Positions 1 to 9,986 of a DNA stretch of 64,000 nt are shown here, piece after piece; the stretch's first letter is position 1, and the number at the start of each line of letters is the position of its first letter. The translations under genes and the position numbers were made by a program. The stretch is from the IMG/VR virus record IMGVR_UViG_3300021057_000274, positions 325,332 through 389,331 of that record; one strand, written 5' to 3'. The notes under the pieces are model-generated. The model had not been told where the DNA came from, made no database searches, and worked only from the letters and a program-made list of their open reading frames with translations.

Positions 1-381
1 ATCCTCGCCGACATCCGAATCTGCCGCGTTGGCCTCGCCCGTGTGCGGGGCGCGCGTCGCACTGGCTATCGCGAGGAGCTCGAGCGGTACTTCCAGGAGC
101 TTCGCGAGCAAGCCAAGCGTGACGATTACTACCGCGTCAGGGTGTTTGGCGGGAGAACGATGCTCGGAAAGATCCGCAAGGTCACTGGCGACTTCGTTAG
201 GCTCGTTCGCGTGAACGGTGACGGTGACGAGCATGGTTCGATCGACGAGCTTCACCTCATCCTCGTGAACCGCTCAGATCTGATCGAGCCGATGGAGCTC
301 GACCAGTACTACGGAATGATCGTCCCGGCTGGCACCTCGAAGATCCACGTCGCCAACCACAACCTTGATCAAGTGAGGTAG
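1..381 (+). CDS. hypothetical protein (probably 5'-truncated by window edge)
   Basis: Frame open from base 1 to TAG at 381; phage-like codon usage; next gene starts at 384. Confidence 0.6.
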   Translation: MLADIRICRVGLARVRGARRTGYREELERYFQELREQAKRDDYYRVRVFGGRTMLGKIRKVTGDFVRLVRVNGDGDEHGSIDELHLILVNRSDLIEPMELDQYYGMIVPAGTSKIHVANHNLDQVR

Positions 382-383
382 AC

Positions 384-944
384 ATGGACGTCTCTCGCTA
401 TCCGACGCGCGTTGACACAGCCGCCGAGATGAATATCTACGAGCTGATCGTGCACGATCATGCTCCGGTGATCAAGGTCTCGGGTAAGCCCTTCAAGAGC
501 GGCGAGAAGATCGCGTTTCCTCGCTCGATCAGCGCCCACCCGAAGCTCGGTAACGCCGTCTACATGTTCGACGACGGCTCATACGTCGAGTGCTGGCGCT
601 GTTACGAGACCGAGCTCGGAACTCACTACCCGCGAGTCAAGCTCGCTATGCACTATCCGTCCCATTGGGCCCTCGGTCACTTCTTCGGGTTCATGCCCTT
701 CGACAAGTCCGAGGTGCAAACCTACTACTGCGACAGCTGGGTCAACAATATGGGTTTCTGGATGACTAACGTTAACGATCCAACCGATCGTCGCAACGTT
801 TCGGAGCGGGCTCCTGACCGGACGTACCACGGGATCAGGAATTACGACGGCCAGAGATATCTTGAGGCCAAGCGGGCGTTCGAAAAAAACGTGAAGCCAA
901 TCCTTCGTACCTTGCCACACTTTCACGTAGAGCTTGACCGTTAA
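384..944 (+). CDS. hypothetical protein
   Basis: 186 aa ORF, GAGG upstream, tightly packed. Confidence 0.7.
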   Translation: MDVSRYPTRVDTAAEMNIYELIVHDHAPVIKVSGKPFKSGEKIAFPRSISAHPKLGNAVYMFDDGSYVECWRCYETELGTHYPRVKLAMHYPSHWALGHFFGFMPFDKSEVQTYYCDSWVNNMGFWMTNVNDPTDRRNVSERAPDRTYHGIRNYDGQRYLEAKRAFEKNVKPILRTLPHFHVELDR

Positions 945-1187
945 GTGCATCACCGCTTCGTCGGTTGGCACTACGGGATACCGTCTCACGTTTCAGCGCG
1001 TGAGACACGTGCTTTCATCGAGACCGACGCGAGCGGCACGGTCATCGCGGCCTCCAAGAACTTTCGCTGGGCTCTCGGTAAGCCGCTCAGCGAAGTTCTC
1101 AACTGGACGCGCGCCACGCGTCTTCGTCACGCGCAAGCTGACACGCTAGAAGCTCTCAAGAAAAAGCGCGGGAGCATGAACTACTGA
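945..1187 (+). CDS. hypothetical protein
   Basis: 80 aa ORF abutting previous stop. Confidence 0.5.
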   Translation: MHHRFVGWHYGIPSHVSARETRAFIETDASGTVIAASKNFRWALGKPLSEVLNWTRATRLRHAQADTLEALKKKRGSMNY

Positions 1188-1195
1188 AAGCGCGA

Positions 1196-1224
1196 TTTAC
1201 TTGCGCGTAGTTTCGTGATATAAT
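1196..1224 (+). promoter_or_regulatory. sigma70-like early promoter
   Basis: TTTACT-N17-TATAAT in intergenic gap. Confidence 0.8.
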
Positions 1225-1247
1225 TCTCCATCGATCGCGGAGGCACC

Positions 1248-2348
1248 GTGAAGTTCACCAAGCTCTTTTCGCTCCAGTACGGCTCCCGCCTCTACGGCAC
1301 CTCCACCCCGGAGTCCGACCTCGATCTCAAGCACGTCGTCCTTCCGGAGCTCGGTGACCTTCTCGCTGGCAACGCGATCGGCAACGTCGTCAAGAAGACG
1401 AACAACCAGGCAAACACCCGCAACTCCAAGGACGACGTCGACGAGGAGTTCATCCCCGTCCAGGTCTTCGCGAGGGACTTCTTCCGCGGCCAGACGTACG
1501 CGCTCGAGATCGCGTACGCGCTCGAGGGCACGCACTGCGGCCAGACATTTTACTCGGACATCGAAACTCCGCTGGCGCCTTCAACGTACGACGTCAAGAA
1601 AAAGATTCTTCGGCGCGAGCTACCATACATGGATCCCGGGATTAAATTCTTGGAGTTCACCAAGGAGCTTCGTGCCAAGTTCTTGACGTCCAACCTCAAG
1701 GCGATGGTCGGTTACGCCGTCGGTCAAGCGATCAAGTACTCCGCTAAGGGCGAGCGTCTTAACGCCGCACGGCGTGTTCTCGCCGTGCTCAAGGACTACG
1801 CTGATCTCCCCCAAGGCAACAAGCCCTTCGGACCAGGACAGCAGCGGCTCGCTGAGATCGCGGGCGACAATCGCTTCGCGAGCATGGCGTCGGCCTGGTT
1901 TCAGGTCACCGAGTACGACATCGGTGACGGACGCATGCGTCCCTGCTTCAAGCTGCTCGAGAAGACGCTTCCCTTCACCTCGACCGTCGACCACACGATC
2001 GGCGTCGTCGAGGCGATCATCGACAGCTACGGCTCTCGCGCCGACGCGGCTGCATTCACGAATGCCGACTGGAAAGCGCTGATGCATGCCCTCCGCATCA
2101 CCGAGGAGGGCCTGGAGCTGCTCAACCATCACTTCATCACCTTTCCACGCCGCAACGTCGAGAAGCTGCTCGAGGTTAAGAGGGGCATGCACTCTTTCAA
2201 CGACGTCGAGGCTGAGATCAACGCCAAGGTTGATCAGCTCAAGAGTCTCGAGAGATTGTCCTCTCTGCCGAAGCACACTCCCGAGCTCCAAGCCGTGTTC
2301 AACGTCTGGCTGACGACGTGGATGAAGCGCTTCTACGGAGTGAAGTAA
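1248..2348 (+). CDS. pol-beta superfamily nucleotidyltransferase (T4 NrdC.11-like)
   Basis: YGSRLYGTSTPESDLD (GS..DxD) motif; C-terminal WKALMHALR helix; GGAGG SD. Confidence 0.75.
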   Translation: MKFTKLFSLQYGSRLYGTSTPESDLDLKHVVLPELGDLLAGNAIGNVVKKTNNQANTRNSKDDVDEEFIPVQVFARDFFRGQTYALEIAYALEGTHCGQTFYSDIETPLAPSTYDVKKKILRRELPYMDPGIKFLEFTKELRAKFLTSNLKAMVGYAVGQAIKYSAKGERLNAARRVLAVLKDYADLPQGNKPFGPGQQRLAEIAGDNRFASMASAWFQVTEYDIGDGRMRPCFKLLEKTLPFTSTVDHTIGVVEAIIDSYGSRADAAAFTNADWKALMHALRITEEGLELLNHHFITFPRRNVEKLLEVKRGMHSFNDVEAEINAKVDQLKSLERLSSLPKHTPELQAVFNVWLTTWMKRFYGVK

Positions 2349-2782
2349 TGCCGATCTATCGTCGCTTCGACAAGAATCGCCCAGAGATTGTAGACCCAAA
2401 GGACCTTCCCCTCTCTCGGGAGGAAGCCTTGGCTTGCGCCACGATCACAGACCAGTGGCCTGGTGGGCTGGGAGAGGTTCTCGTGCCCGATGCCAAGCAG
2501 AAGCGCGGCTTCAAGCGCGACCCGTCCTTCAGCGTCTTCAAGAAAGATTACTCGTGCCCGTCGGACGCACTCAAGTGCCCGGTCATGGTCATCAAGGAGA
2601 TGCGCGGGTGGCCGCACGGCGAGTACGCGAAGCACCTCTCGGCGTGGAGAAGTCTTCGCGACGCTTACGCGAAGGTTCTCGGGCTCGATCTCAAGGCCGC
2701 TCACGAGCTCTACAACGAGCACCTTCGCTCGACGCCGAGAGAGATGTCGAAGGTGCTCCGACAATATGCTGAGCTCGTATGA
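2348..2782 (+). CDS. hypothetical protein
   Basis: ATG overlaps previous TAA. Confidence 0.65.
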   Translation: MPIYRRFDKNRPEIVDPKDLPLSREEALACATITDQWPGGLGEVLVPDAKQKRGFKRDPSFSVFKKDYSCPSDALKCPVMVIKEMRGWPHGEYAKHLSAWRSLRDAYAKVLGLDLKAAHELYNEHLRSTPREMSKVLRQYAELV

Positions 2783-3162
2783 AGGTCGATCTCATCAGCG
2801 TTATGTTCGCGGTTCGGTACATCGAGCAGCGTCGCCGAGAGTTCAACACACAGATGAGAAGCTTGCGCGCGATGGGCGTGCGCAAGAAGGTACCTATCCT
2901 GGGCAGCAATTATCATCACTTCTGTGAGCGGCTGATCGAGCGAGTCGACCGGAGTGATCGCCAACGGGTGCTTGACGCGTTTTTCAACTTCATCTCGACG
3001 CAGCGCGAGCTACCGATCGGCGAGAAGGTCGTCCGCTCAGCGAGCTTGGGTTACACGCTCGCGTACGAGGTGTCACCAGGAAAACCGACGCCCATCGATG
3101 ACGAAGGGACAACGTTTCTCATCAGTCTTAAAACCGTGATGAAGAACGACAAAATTCTCTAG
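2779..3162 (+). CDS. hypothetical protein
   Basis: ATGA overlap, 127 aa. Confidence 0.65.
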   Translation: MKVDLISVMFAVRYIEQRRREFNTQMRSLRAMGVRKKVPILGSNYHHFCERLIERVDRSDRQRVLDAFFNFISTQRELPIGEKVVRSASLGYTLAYEVSPGKPTPIDDEGTTFLISLKTVMKNDKIL

Positions 3163-3167
3163 AAGTG

Positions 3168-3196
3168 TGTACTTTTTGAGAGCTTTTTGATACAAT
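3168..3196 (+). promoter_or_regulatory. sigma70-like early promoter
   Basis: TGTACT-N17-TACAAT. Confidence 0.75.
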
Positions 3197-3225
3197 TCTC
3201 ATATCGTCAATCGTTGAGGCATTAA

Positions 3226-4554
3226 ATGTCCAAACCCTTCGCCGACGCCATCCTGACAGCCGAGCAACACTCGACCCACAAGGAGAAGCACGCGGCGCTC
3301 AGCGGCATGGACAGCAACGGCGTCCGCCTCGTCGTCGAGGCCCTCAACCCGTACCGTCGCTTCCATGTCAAGAAGTTCGACAAGCCGGTCGCTTACGCGA
3401 CCGTCGACGCCGATCTCGGCGAGTTCTTCAAGCTCCTCGATCAGCTCCACGCGCGCACGATCACTGGCAACGCCGCTCGCGCCGCCGTCACCGCCGTCCT
3501 CGGCCTCTTCACCCAGCGTACCGCCGCGGTCCTCGAGCGCGTCCTGATCAAGGACCTCGACTGCGGCGCGTCGTCGACCACCTTCGAGAAGCTCTACCCC
3601 GGCCTCAAGGTGCCGTGCCACAACCTCGGCCTCGCGGTCAACCAGGACACCGTCGCCGACGTCTTCGACGTCATGCAGCCGAACGCCAAGGGCGTCTGGA
3701 AGCCGACCGGCGCGCGGAAGGACCACCTGATCGCCGAGGTCAAGTACGACGGCCATCGCGGCAACCTCCTCGTCGAGAACGGCGGCGTCACCCCGCTCTC
3801 GCGCGGCGGCCGCGTCATCGAGTCATGGGAGGGCCGCTGGGACGCCGAGCTCGCCGAGCTCGAGAAGATGCTCGGCTACCCGTTCGTCCTCGACGGCGAG
3901 GCGATGGGCGCCGACTTCCGCTCGACCAGCAAGAGCCGCGGCAAGGACAAGAGCCGCTCGAAGGACCTCAAGTTCTACGCGTTCGACCTGATCCCGCTCA
4001 CCGCGTGGAAGGCCGAGAAGTACGACCTGGTCCAGTCTGAGCGCTCCGCGCACCTCGAGAAGGTGCTCCGCCTGCTCGGCTCGAAGGACATCATCAAGTC
4101 TGAGTACCGGATCATCAAGACGATGGCCGAGCTCAACGCGTGGTACAAGGAGGTTCTGAAGCTCGGCCAGGAGGGCTTGATCCTCAAGGACCCGAACGGT
4201 GTCTACGTCTGGGACCGCTCGCCCCTGTGGATCAAGTACAAGCCGTACTACTCGTACGACCTGAAGATCACTGGCTGGTACTACGGCAATCCGGGCTCGA
4301 AGTACGAGAAGATGTTGGGCGGCTTCGAGCTCGAGGGCGTTGACGCCGCGTCGGGCAAGTACATCAAGACCCGTTGCGGCGGCGGCCTCTCCGACAAGCA
4401 ACGCGTCGAGTTCCTCGCCGCCATCCTGTCGGGCGTCGACACCCCGATCGGCAAGACCGCTGAGATCGAGGGCAAGGAGCTGTCCCTCGCCGAGAACGCG
4501 ACAGTCTGGGCGGTGCGCGAGCCGGTGTTCGTTCAGATCCGGGACGACAAGTGA
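3226..4554 (+). CDS. ATP-dependent DNA ligase
   Basis: EVKYDGHR (motif I), VLDGE, FYAFDL, EGLILK, WIKYK, C-terminal OB fold. Confidence 0.92.
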   Translation: MSKPFADAILTAEQHSTHKEKHAALSGMDSNGVRLVVEALNPYRRFHVKKFDKPVAYATVDADLGEFFKLLDQLHARTITGNAARAAVTAVLGLFTQRTAAVLERVLIKDLDCGASSTTFEKLYPGLKVPCHNLGLAVNQDTVADVFDVMQPNAKGVWKPTGARKDHLIAEVKYDGHRGNLLVENGGVTPLSRGGRVIESWEGRWDAELAELEKMLGYPFVLDGEAMGADFRSTSKSRGKDKSRSKDLKFYAFDLIPLTAWKAEKYDLVQSERSAHLEKVLRLLGSKDIIKSEYRIIKTMAELNAWYKEVLKLGQEGLILKDPNGVYVWDRSPLWIKYKPYYSYDLKITGWYYGNPGSKYEKMLGGFELEGVDAASGKYIKTRCGGGLSDKQRVEFLAAILSGVDTPIGKTAEIEGKELSLAENATVWAVREPVFVQIRDDK

Positions 4555-4814
4555 GGTACTGTCAGATCAGCGAGGCGCTCCTGGAGAGGCTCACCCAGTT
4601 TCTCGAGCGACAGCGAGTCAAGGAGTACCTCTCCTACCTGGTTCAGCTCCCGTCTGGCGAGCAGGAGCTCGTCGGCACGTACGTCCCGCTCATGGTCGGT
4701 AATCTGGTGGTTCTCCCAGACGGCACGCGTTGGAGAGTCGTGCTCGTTGACCAAAAGTTCGCGAACAATCGGATGTGCCAAAATCCAGTCGCTCACGTGG
4801 AGCCCTGGGAGTGA
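4551..4814 (+). CDS. hypothetical protein
   Basis: GTGA overlap with ligase stop. Confidence 0.55.
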   Translation: MRYCQISEALLERLTQFLERQRVKEYLSYLVQLPSGEQELVGTYVPLMVGNLVVLPDGTRWRVVLVDQKFANNRMCQNPVAHVEPWE

Positions 4815-5002
4815 GCGCCCTCGCTCAGCTTCAAGCCGCTCTCGCGCGAAAGCAGGGGAGTCATTCCCCCAAGCAAGAGGAGCAACCCCCTAACGACCAG
4901 AACGCGTTCTTCATCCCGTTCAACTTCATCGAGACGTCAGGCACTTACTACGACGCCAAGGGAGTCGCCTACACGATCACCTACGATCGGGACCTCAAGT
5001 GA
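4811..5002 (+). CDS. hypothetical protein
   Basis: GTGA overlap on both sides. Confidence 0.5.
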   Translation: MSALAQLQAALARKQGSHSPKQEEQPPNDQNAFFIPFNFIETSGTYYDAKGVAYTITYDRDLK

Positions 5003-5382
5003 TTCGCACTCCAGCTGAACAGGTCGAGAAGCAGATCGTGCACTTGATCGAGCACGCGCAGACCCCAGAGCTCGCCGAGCTAGTGCGTGAGCGCACCGCG
5101 CTCCTCGCGAGCCTCTTGAAGCTGTCTGGCTCCAAGATCCATCACACTCGCGGCGTATACAACTCGCACACCCCTGAGCATCCGCTGTACAAGGACAACG
5201 GCGTGCCGTCTAGCGCTCTTCTTGAGCACGTCGTTTACAACCTGTTCTATCGCCCAGGCCGCGCGTTCTTCATCGACGGCAAGTGCGTCGAGCCTGGCTA
5301 TCTCGGTTGGAAGCGCTGTCTCGAGCTCGAGAAGACGATGACGTGGCCGACGATGACTCGCGACACACGTCCGTACCAGTAG
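4999..5382 (+). CDS. hypothetical protein
   Basis: 127 aa, coupled start. Confidence 0.6.
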   Translation: MIRTPAEQVEKQIVHLIEHAQTPELAELVRERTALLASLLKLSGSKIHHTRGVYNSHTPEHPLYKDNGVPSSALLEHVVYNLFYRPGRAFFIDGKCVEPGYLGWKRCLELEKTMTWPTMTRDTRPYQ

Positions 5383-5425
5383 ATCTTGTTTCACCCCGAA
5401 GCTTATCTGTGATACCATTGAAAGT

Positions 5426-5686
5426 ATGAGCGGCATCGCCATGGAAGAGATTCACGGTTGGCTCGAGCGCGGAAAGCTGCGAGGCTCGACCCACGTCCTG
5501 GTGATGCAAGACACTTTTGCGAACGAGTACTACCCGATCTTCGTCTCCCCCACCGAGAACGCTCGAGAGGTCGTCGAGAAGATCGAGAGCGACAAGCGCG
5601 AGCTCGCTGATCGCGTCATTGAGGTGTACAACCTGGCCCTTCCGTTCGTCGAGCAGCTCAACGAGAAGCGAGCTCGAAACTTCTGA
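5426..5686 (+). CDS. hypothetical protein
   Basis: 86 aa, stop overlaps next ATG. Confidence 0.65.
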   Translation: MSGIAMEEIHGWLERGKLRGSTHVLVMQDTFANEYYPIFVSPTENAREVVEKIESDKRELADRVIEVYNLALPFVEQLNEKRARNF

Positions 5687-6717
5687 TGCGTCCTGTGGAC
5701 AAGCTAACGGAGGCCGAGCTCCTCTCCGCTACGAGCCCTGAGGCGATCTTCACCGATGACGCCGACACGATGAAGAGAGAGTGGCGCGCTCTCGTTAAGA
5801 TCTGGCATCCTGACCAAAATCCCAAGGCCAATCGTGACGTGATGACTCACGTCAACAAGCTCTACGACGTGGGGTGCGAGAAGCTCAAGCTCGGAATCTG
5901 GTTCAACCCGTACGCGCTGCGCATCAAGGCGACGAACGGGAAGGAGTATGACCTCAAGTTCAAGAAGCACCGCACCTTCGAGCTGGGTGACGTCTACATC
6001 GGGGTCAAGCAGGTCTCCTATCTCCTCGATAAGTCACCCGCCGCGGCCGCGCTCGTCGAGAACATGAAGCAAACGGTCGCGAGCTTTAAGTTCAAGGACG
6101 CCAAGATGGAGGAGCATGCTCGAAAATTTCTACCGAAGATCCTGGCGAGCGTCGAGACAGCCGACAAGCTAGTTGTCGTCCTGGCCAAGGAGCCGGACAT
6201 GATCCTCCTTCGCGATGTCATCGAGCACAAGGGTGGAAAGCTCGACCCGGTGCAAGCGGCGTGGATCATCACCAGGTTCTACAACGTCGGGTCTTATCTC
6301 GACATCATGAAGCTAACTCACAACGACCTGTCGCCCGACTCGATGTTCGTGTCACCCGACCACAAGTCGCTGGTGACCGGCTGGTGGTACGCGACGCCCC
6401 GCGGGCAGAAGATGAGATACGCCTCATCTCGCACGGTCCTCTACTCGCCGATCGACGTCACGACCTACAAGGACGCCAACCACCGCATCGACGGTGAGCT
6501 GATCAAGGCGACCGGCAGAGAGCTGTTCGGCGACCCTGCGGGCTCAGCTCTGAACTTCGATCCCAAGATTCCGCGCCCGCTCAAGGAGTGGGCGACCTCT
6601 CCGAGCTCCGACAACATCGTCGAGGAGTTCAAGAAGTGGCAAGAGACCATCCTCAACAGCTTCGGCAAGCGTCGCTACGTCGAGCTGGACGCAAAGTTTA
6701 GCGACATCTACCCGTAA
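5686..6717 (+). CDS. J-domain (DnaJ-like) fused to degenerate protein-kinase-like domain
   Basis: WRALVKIWHPD J-domain HPD motif; THNDLSPDSMFV resembles a kinase catalytic loop; TGWWY in place of DFG. Confidence 0.65.
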   Translation: MRPVDKLTEAELLSATSPEAIFTDDADTMKREWRALVKIWHPDQNPKANRDVMTHVNKLYDVGCEKLKLGIWFNPYALRIKATNGKEYDLKFKKHRTFELGDVYIGVKQVSYLLDKSPAAAALVENMKQTVASFKFKDAKMEEHARKFLPKILASVETADKLVVVLAKEPDMILLRDVIEHKGGKLDPVQAAWIITRFYNVGSYLDIMKLTHNDLSPDSMFVSPDHKSLVTGWWYATPRGQKMRYASSRTVLYSPIDVTTYKDANHRIDGELIKATGRELFGDPAGSALNFDPKIPRPLKEWATSPSSDNIVEEFKKWQETILNSFGKRRYVELDAKFSDIYP

Positions 6718-6729
6718 AGGAGAAGCAAC

Positions 6730-7647
6730 ATGGGTTCTGGAACCTTCAATCCGCATGAGTGGGACGCTTACCGGACCACGACGGCTCACAAGACCACCAA
6801 GGGTGTCGGCGGCATCTACAAGCGCTCGACGCTCAAGCCCGAGCTCGACCCCCGCACCTTCAAGGTGCGAGAGTCCCGCGACTCGGTCGACAACCCGCAA
6901 TCGACGCCGATCATCGTCGCCCTCGACGTCACCGGCTCGATGAACCCGATCTCCGACAAGATCGCGCGCGAGGGCCTGGGCATCCTCTTCAACGAGATCC
7001 TCAGCCGCAAGCCGGTCACGAACCCGCACCTGATGTTCATGGGCTTCGGTGACGTCGCGGCGCGAGACCCAGCGCCGCTCCAGGTCTCGCAGTTCGAGGC
7101 CGACAACCGCATCGTTGACCAGCTGACCGACATCTGGCTCGTCGGCGGCGGCGGCGGGAACGATTACGAGTCGTACCACCTTCCGCTCTACTTCGCGGCG
7201 ATGCACACCTCGATCGACAGCATCGAGAAGCGCAAGAAGAAGGGCTACCTCTTCACGCTCGGCGACGAGTCGGTGCCGAAGTCTCCGCTGACGCCCGACC
7301 ACATCGAGACGGTGTTCGGCTACAAGTCGCAAGTGTCGCTCTCCTACAAGCAGTGCCTCGAGATGGCGAGCCGGATGTACGAGTGCTTCCACCTCGTCAC
7401 CGCTCAAGGCAACCACGGCTCGCGCTTCTTTCCGCGGTGGCAGGAGGAGATCGGGCAACGCGCGCTCCTCGTCGAGGACTACACCAAGATCGCCGAGGTG
7501 ATCGTCTCGACGATCCAGGTGATGGAGGGTGACAACGTCGCCGCCGTCGTCGACAGCTGGGACCCGGACACCTCGATCGTCGTCAAGCGCGCGGTCGGTA
7601 GCCTCGTTCCGGCGGACCTGAAGAAGCTCGGCGCCGTCAAGCTGTGA
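6730..7647 (+). CDS. vWA domain protein
   Basis: IIVALDVTGSM MIDAS motif, GGGGNDYESY, LFTLGDE; AAGGAG SD. Confidence 0.8.
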   Translation: MGSGTFNPHEWDAYRTTTAHKTTKGVGGIYKRSTLKPELDPRTFKVRESRDSVDNPQSTPIIVALDVTGSMNPISDKIAREGLGILFNEILSRKPVTNPHLMFMGFGDVAARDPAPLQVSQFEADNRIVDQLTDIWLVGGGGGNDYESYHLPLYFAAMHTSIDSIEKRKKKGYLFTLGDESVPKSPLTPDHIETVFGYKSQVSLSYKQCLEMASRMYECFHLVTAQGNHGSRFFPRWQEEIGQRALLVEDYTKIAEVIVSTIQVMEGDNVAAVVDSWDPDTSIVVKRAVGSLVPADLKKLGAVKL

Positions 7648-7868
7648 GGTTCGCGCTTCTTCTCTTGCTCCCGCTTCTCGGCTGTGGGGGACCTCAGCAG
7701 GTTCACATGTCTCCTGAGGAGGTCACCCAGGTTCAATCGGCGTGCGCCGCGATGGGTCTACAGTCGGGCTCTCTTCCTAACAAGGAGATCTCGGCGGGCG
7801 TCGTCTGTTACAAGATCGCGTACCCCGAGGAGAACCAGATCATGAGATCGATAAAGAAGGGTGGCTGA
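7644..7868 (+). CDS. small lipoprotein
   Basis: MRFALLLLLPLLGC lipobox. Confidence 0.6.
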   Translation: MRFALLLLLPLLGCGGPQQVHMSPEEVTQVQSACAAMGLQSGSLPNKEISAGVVCYKIAYPEENQIMRSIKKGG

Positions 7869-8029
7869 TGGATCCAGTCACCAAGGCGATTTTCTTTCTC
7901 CTGACGATCGTCATCTGCGGACTTCCGGCGACCCTGATGGCTCTGCGCAACAAGGGCGACCCTGTCATCGCGACCGTGATCGGGCTCTTAGTCGCCTCGT
8001 CGATGGTCAGCTACATCTCCAAGCTATGA
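7868..8029 (+). CDS. small membrane protein (53 aa)
   Basis: MDPVTKAIFFLLTIVICG...; two hydrophobic stretches; coupled at both ends. Confidence 0.5.
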   Translation: MDPVTKAIFFLLTIVICGLPATLMALRNKGDPVIATVIGLLVASSMVSYISKL

Positions 8030-9177
8030 AAGCGTGCGTCGTCATCGGAGCGAACTACGGCGACGAGGGAAAGGGGCTCGTCACCGATTTTCTCACGTCG
8101 CTGACCGGCGCTGAGCTGGTCGTGCGCTTCAACGGCGGCGCGCAGGCCGGTCACACCGTCGTCACTCCTTGCGGTCGGCGGCACGTCTTTCATCACTTCG
8201 GCGCCGGGACCCTCGCAGGCGCCGCGACGTACCTGAGCCACCACTTTATCGTCAACCCTCTGCTCTTCAACAAGGAGCACGAGGAGCTGCTGACCGACTA
8301 TCGGATGCCGGTGGTCCACGTCAATCCGGAGGCCCCGGTGACGACGATCTACGACATGCTGATCAACCAGCTCGCCGAGGAGGTGCGTGGGGCCTCACGT
8401 CACGGGAGCTGCGGGATCGGGATCAACGAGACCGTTCATCGCCATGAGACGTCGGACTACAAGCTGTGCGTCGGGGACCTCTTCGTGCGTGACGAGAACG
8501 AGCGCACGACGATCCAACGCATGGTCCACATGATCGCGACCCAGTGGGTGCCCCTCCGCCTGGTTCAGCTCGGCATCACGCCGACGAGCTACTTCTCGTC
8601 GATGGTTGACTCGCTAGGAGTAATGAACAAGTGGATCCAGGAGGCTCTCGACTTCACCGACAAGGTCAACCTAGCGGGCGAGGAGGTCATCCTGAGCGCT
8701 AAGGGCGTCATCTTCGAGGGAGCACAAGGGCTGCTTCTCGACCAAAACAATCGTGACGACTTCCCCCACGTCACGAGATCTAACACTGGCCTCAAGAACG
8801 TCGTCGAGATCGCCGAGAGAGTCGGGATCTTCAAGCAGCTCGACGTTCACTACGTGACGCGACCCTACCTCACTCGTCACGGGGCAGGTCGGCTTCACAA
8901 GGAGTGGCCGACGCCGCCCTTCAAGGTCGACGATCAAACTAACGTTCACAACCAGTACCAAGGCGCGATGCGTTACGCGCCGATCAGCCCGATCTCCGTC
9001 GCCTCAAGGGTACACGGAGATGTAGCTCAGGCAGAGCAGCAGAGTGACCTCGAGATTCGCCCGTACCTCGCGATGACGTGCTCGGATCACATGCCGTTCG
9101 ACCCTGAGTTCTTCGACGTCAAGATTCCCCGCAGCCTGATGTCCACTGGCCCCGCCAGAAACCAGGTGAGGTGGTAG
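8026..9177 (+). CDS. divergent adenylosuccinate synthetase-like (PurA family) protein
   Basis: IGANYGDEGKG, RFNGGAQAGHT, FEGAQGLLLD, YLTRHGAG; aspartate-binding TTTGR loop absent; true start likely ATG 8026. Confidence 0.85.
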   Translation: MKACVVIGANYGDEGKGLVTDFLTSLTGAELVVRFNGGAQAGHTVVTPCGRRHVFHHFGAGTLAGAATYLSHHFIVNPLLFNKEHEELLTDYRMPVVHVNPEAPVTTIYDMLINQLAEEVRGASRHGSCGIGINETVHRHETSDYKLCVGDLFVRDENERTTIQRMVHMIATQWVPLRLVQLGITPTSYFSSMVDSLGVMNKWIQEALDFTDKVNLAGEEVILSAKGVIFEGAQGLLLDQNNRDDFPHVTRSNTGLKNVVEIAERVGIFKQLDVHYVTRPYLTRHGAGRLHKEWPTPPFKVDDQTNVHNQYQGAMRYAPISPISVASRVHGDVAQAEQQSDLEIRPYLAMTCSDHMPFDPEFFDVKIPRSLMSTGPARNQVRW

Positions 9178-9208
9178 TCTAGCGTCACCCGCCCTAGCGG
9201 GCGGTGCC

Positions 9209-9739
9209 GTGGAAGGTCTAGCAGTGCACATCATCAAGAACAGTGACGTCCTCTCGGACAAGGCGGTCGCCTACTTTGAGACGGTCAAGTATCCAGGCTC
9301 TAAGTTCATCCTCGACTCCTGCGTCAAGGGGGCCTGGGGGTGGACAGACTACCCAGCGGCGATCTTCTATCAGCCCAACCCACCTCGAGGTCGACCCGAG
9401 TGTACCAACTACTTCGGCATCGTCATCAAGGGTAGCCAGATGTTTATCTGCCAAGCGATCGACATCACGACGGTGCGCATCGACGCGGTTGTCGCAGATG
9501 ATGGTGACGTCATCTGGAGCCGTTATCGCCACGATTATCGTGAGTCGAATGACGGATCGGTGTGGATCGACGGCGGTCGAGACTACACTCGTAGCGGCGT
9601 CTTTGATCCGCATCCGAAAGGGTTTCCTCGCTTCGTCTCGCTGATCGTCGACAGGGACCAGCTTCGTTTCGCGACGGAGGCCGAGGTGTCTTGGCCATTT
9701 CAACTCACTCCCCCTGACACCACCTACACGGAGGCTTAG
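9209..9739 (+). CDS. conserved phage hypothetical protein
   Basis: SRYRHDY...IDGGRDY motif. Confidence 0.65.
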   Translation: MEGLAVHIIKNSDVLSDKAVAYFETVKYPGSKFILDSCVKGAWGWTDYPAAIFYQPNPPRGRPECTNYFGIVIKGSQMFICQAIDITTVRIDAVVADDGDVIWSRYRHDYRESNDGSVWIDGGRDYTRSGVFDPHPKGFPRFVSLIVDRDQLRFATEAEVSWPFQLTPPDTTYTEA

Positions 9740-9908
9740 ATGTTCTCGTATCTCACCCTCATCATCCTTGAGCTGAATGATCGTATCAACAGCGAGCTCG
9801 ACACTGGCTTGGTCATCTGCGGGCTGATCGAGCTCCTCGCAGAGATCCTCCTGCTCGGAGCATTGTTTTCTGGAAAGTGCTGAGAAGTTAGCCTCTTGAC
9901 TTGAGCCG

Positions 9909-9937
9909 TTTACAGGTGAACGGATATATGTTACCAT
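9909..9937 (+). promoter_or_regulatory. sigma70-like early promoter
   Basis: TTTACA-N17-TACCAT. Confidence 0.6.
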
Positions 9938-9986
9938 TCGCCTTCATCCTGAATTTAACGTGCGTTCTCTCAATATAGCTAGATTC

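Noticed and set aside
8026-9177. PurZ (2-aminoadenine Z-genome) synthetase
   Set aside because: Retains the PurA-type catalytic Asp (GDEGKG) rather than the PurZ GSTGKG-type motif; no clear datZ/mazZ partner adjacent.
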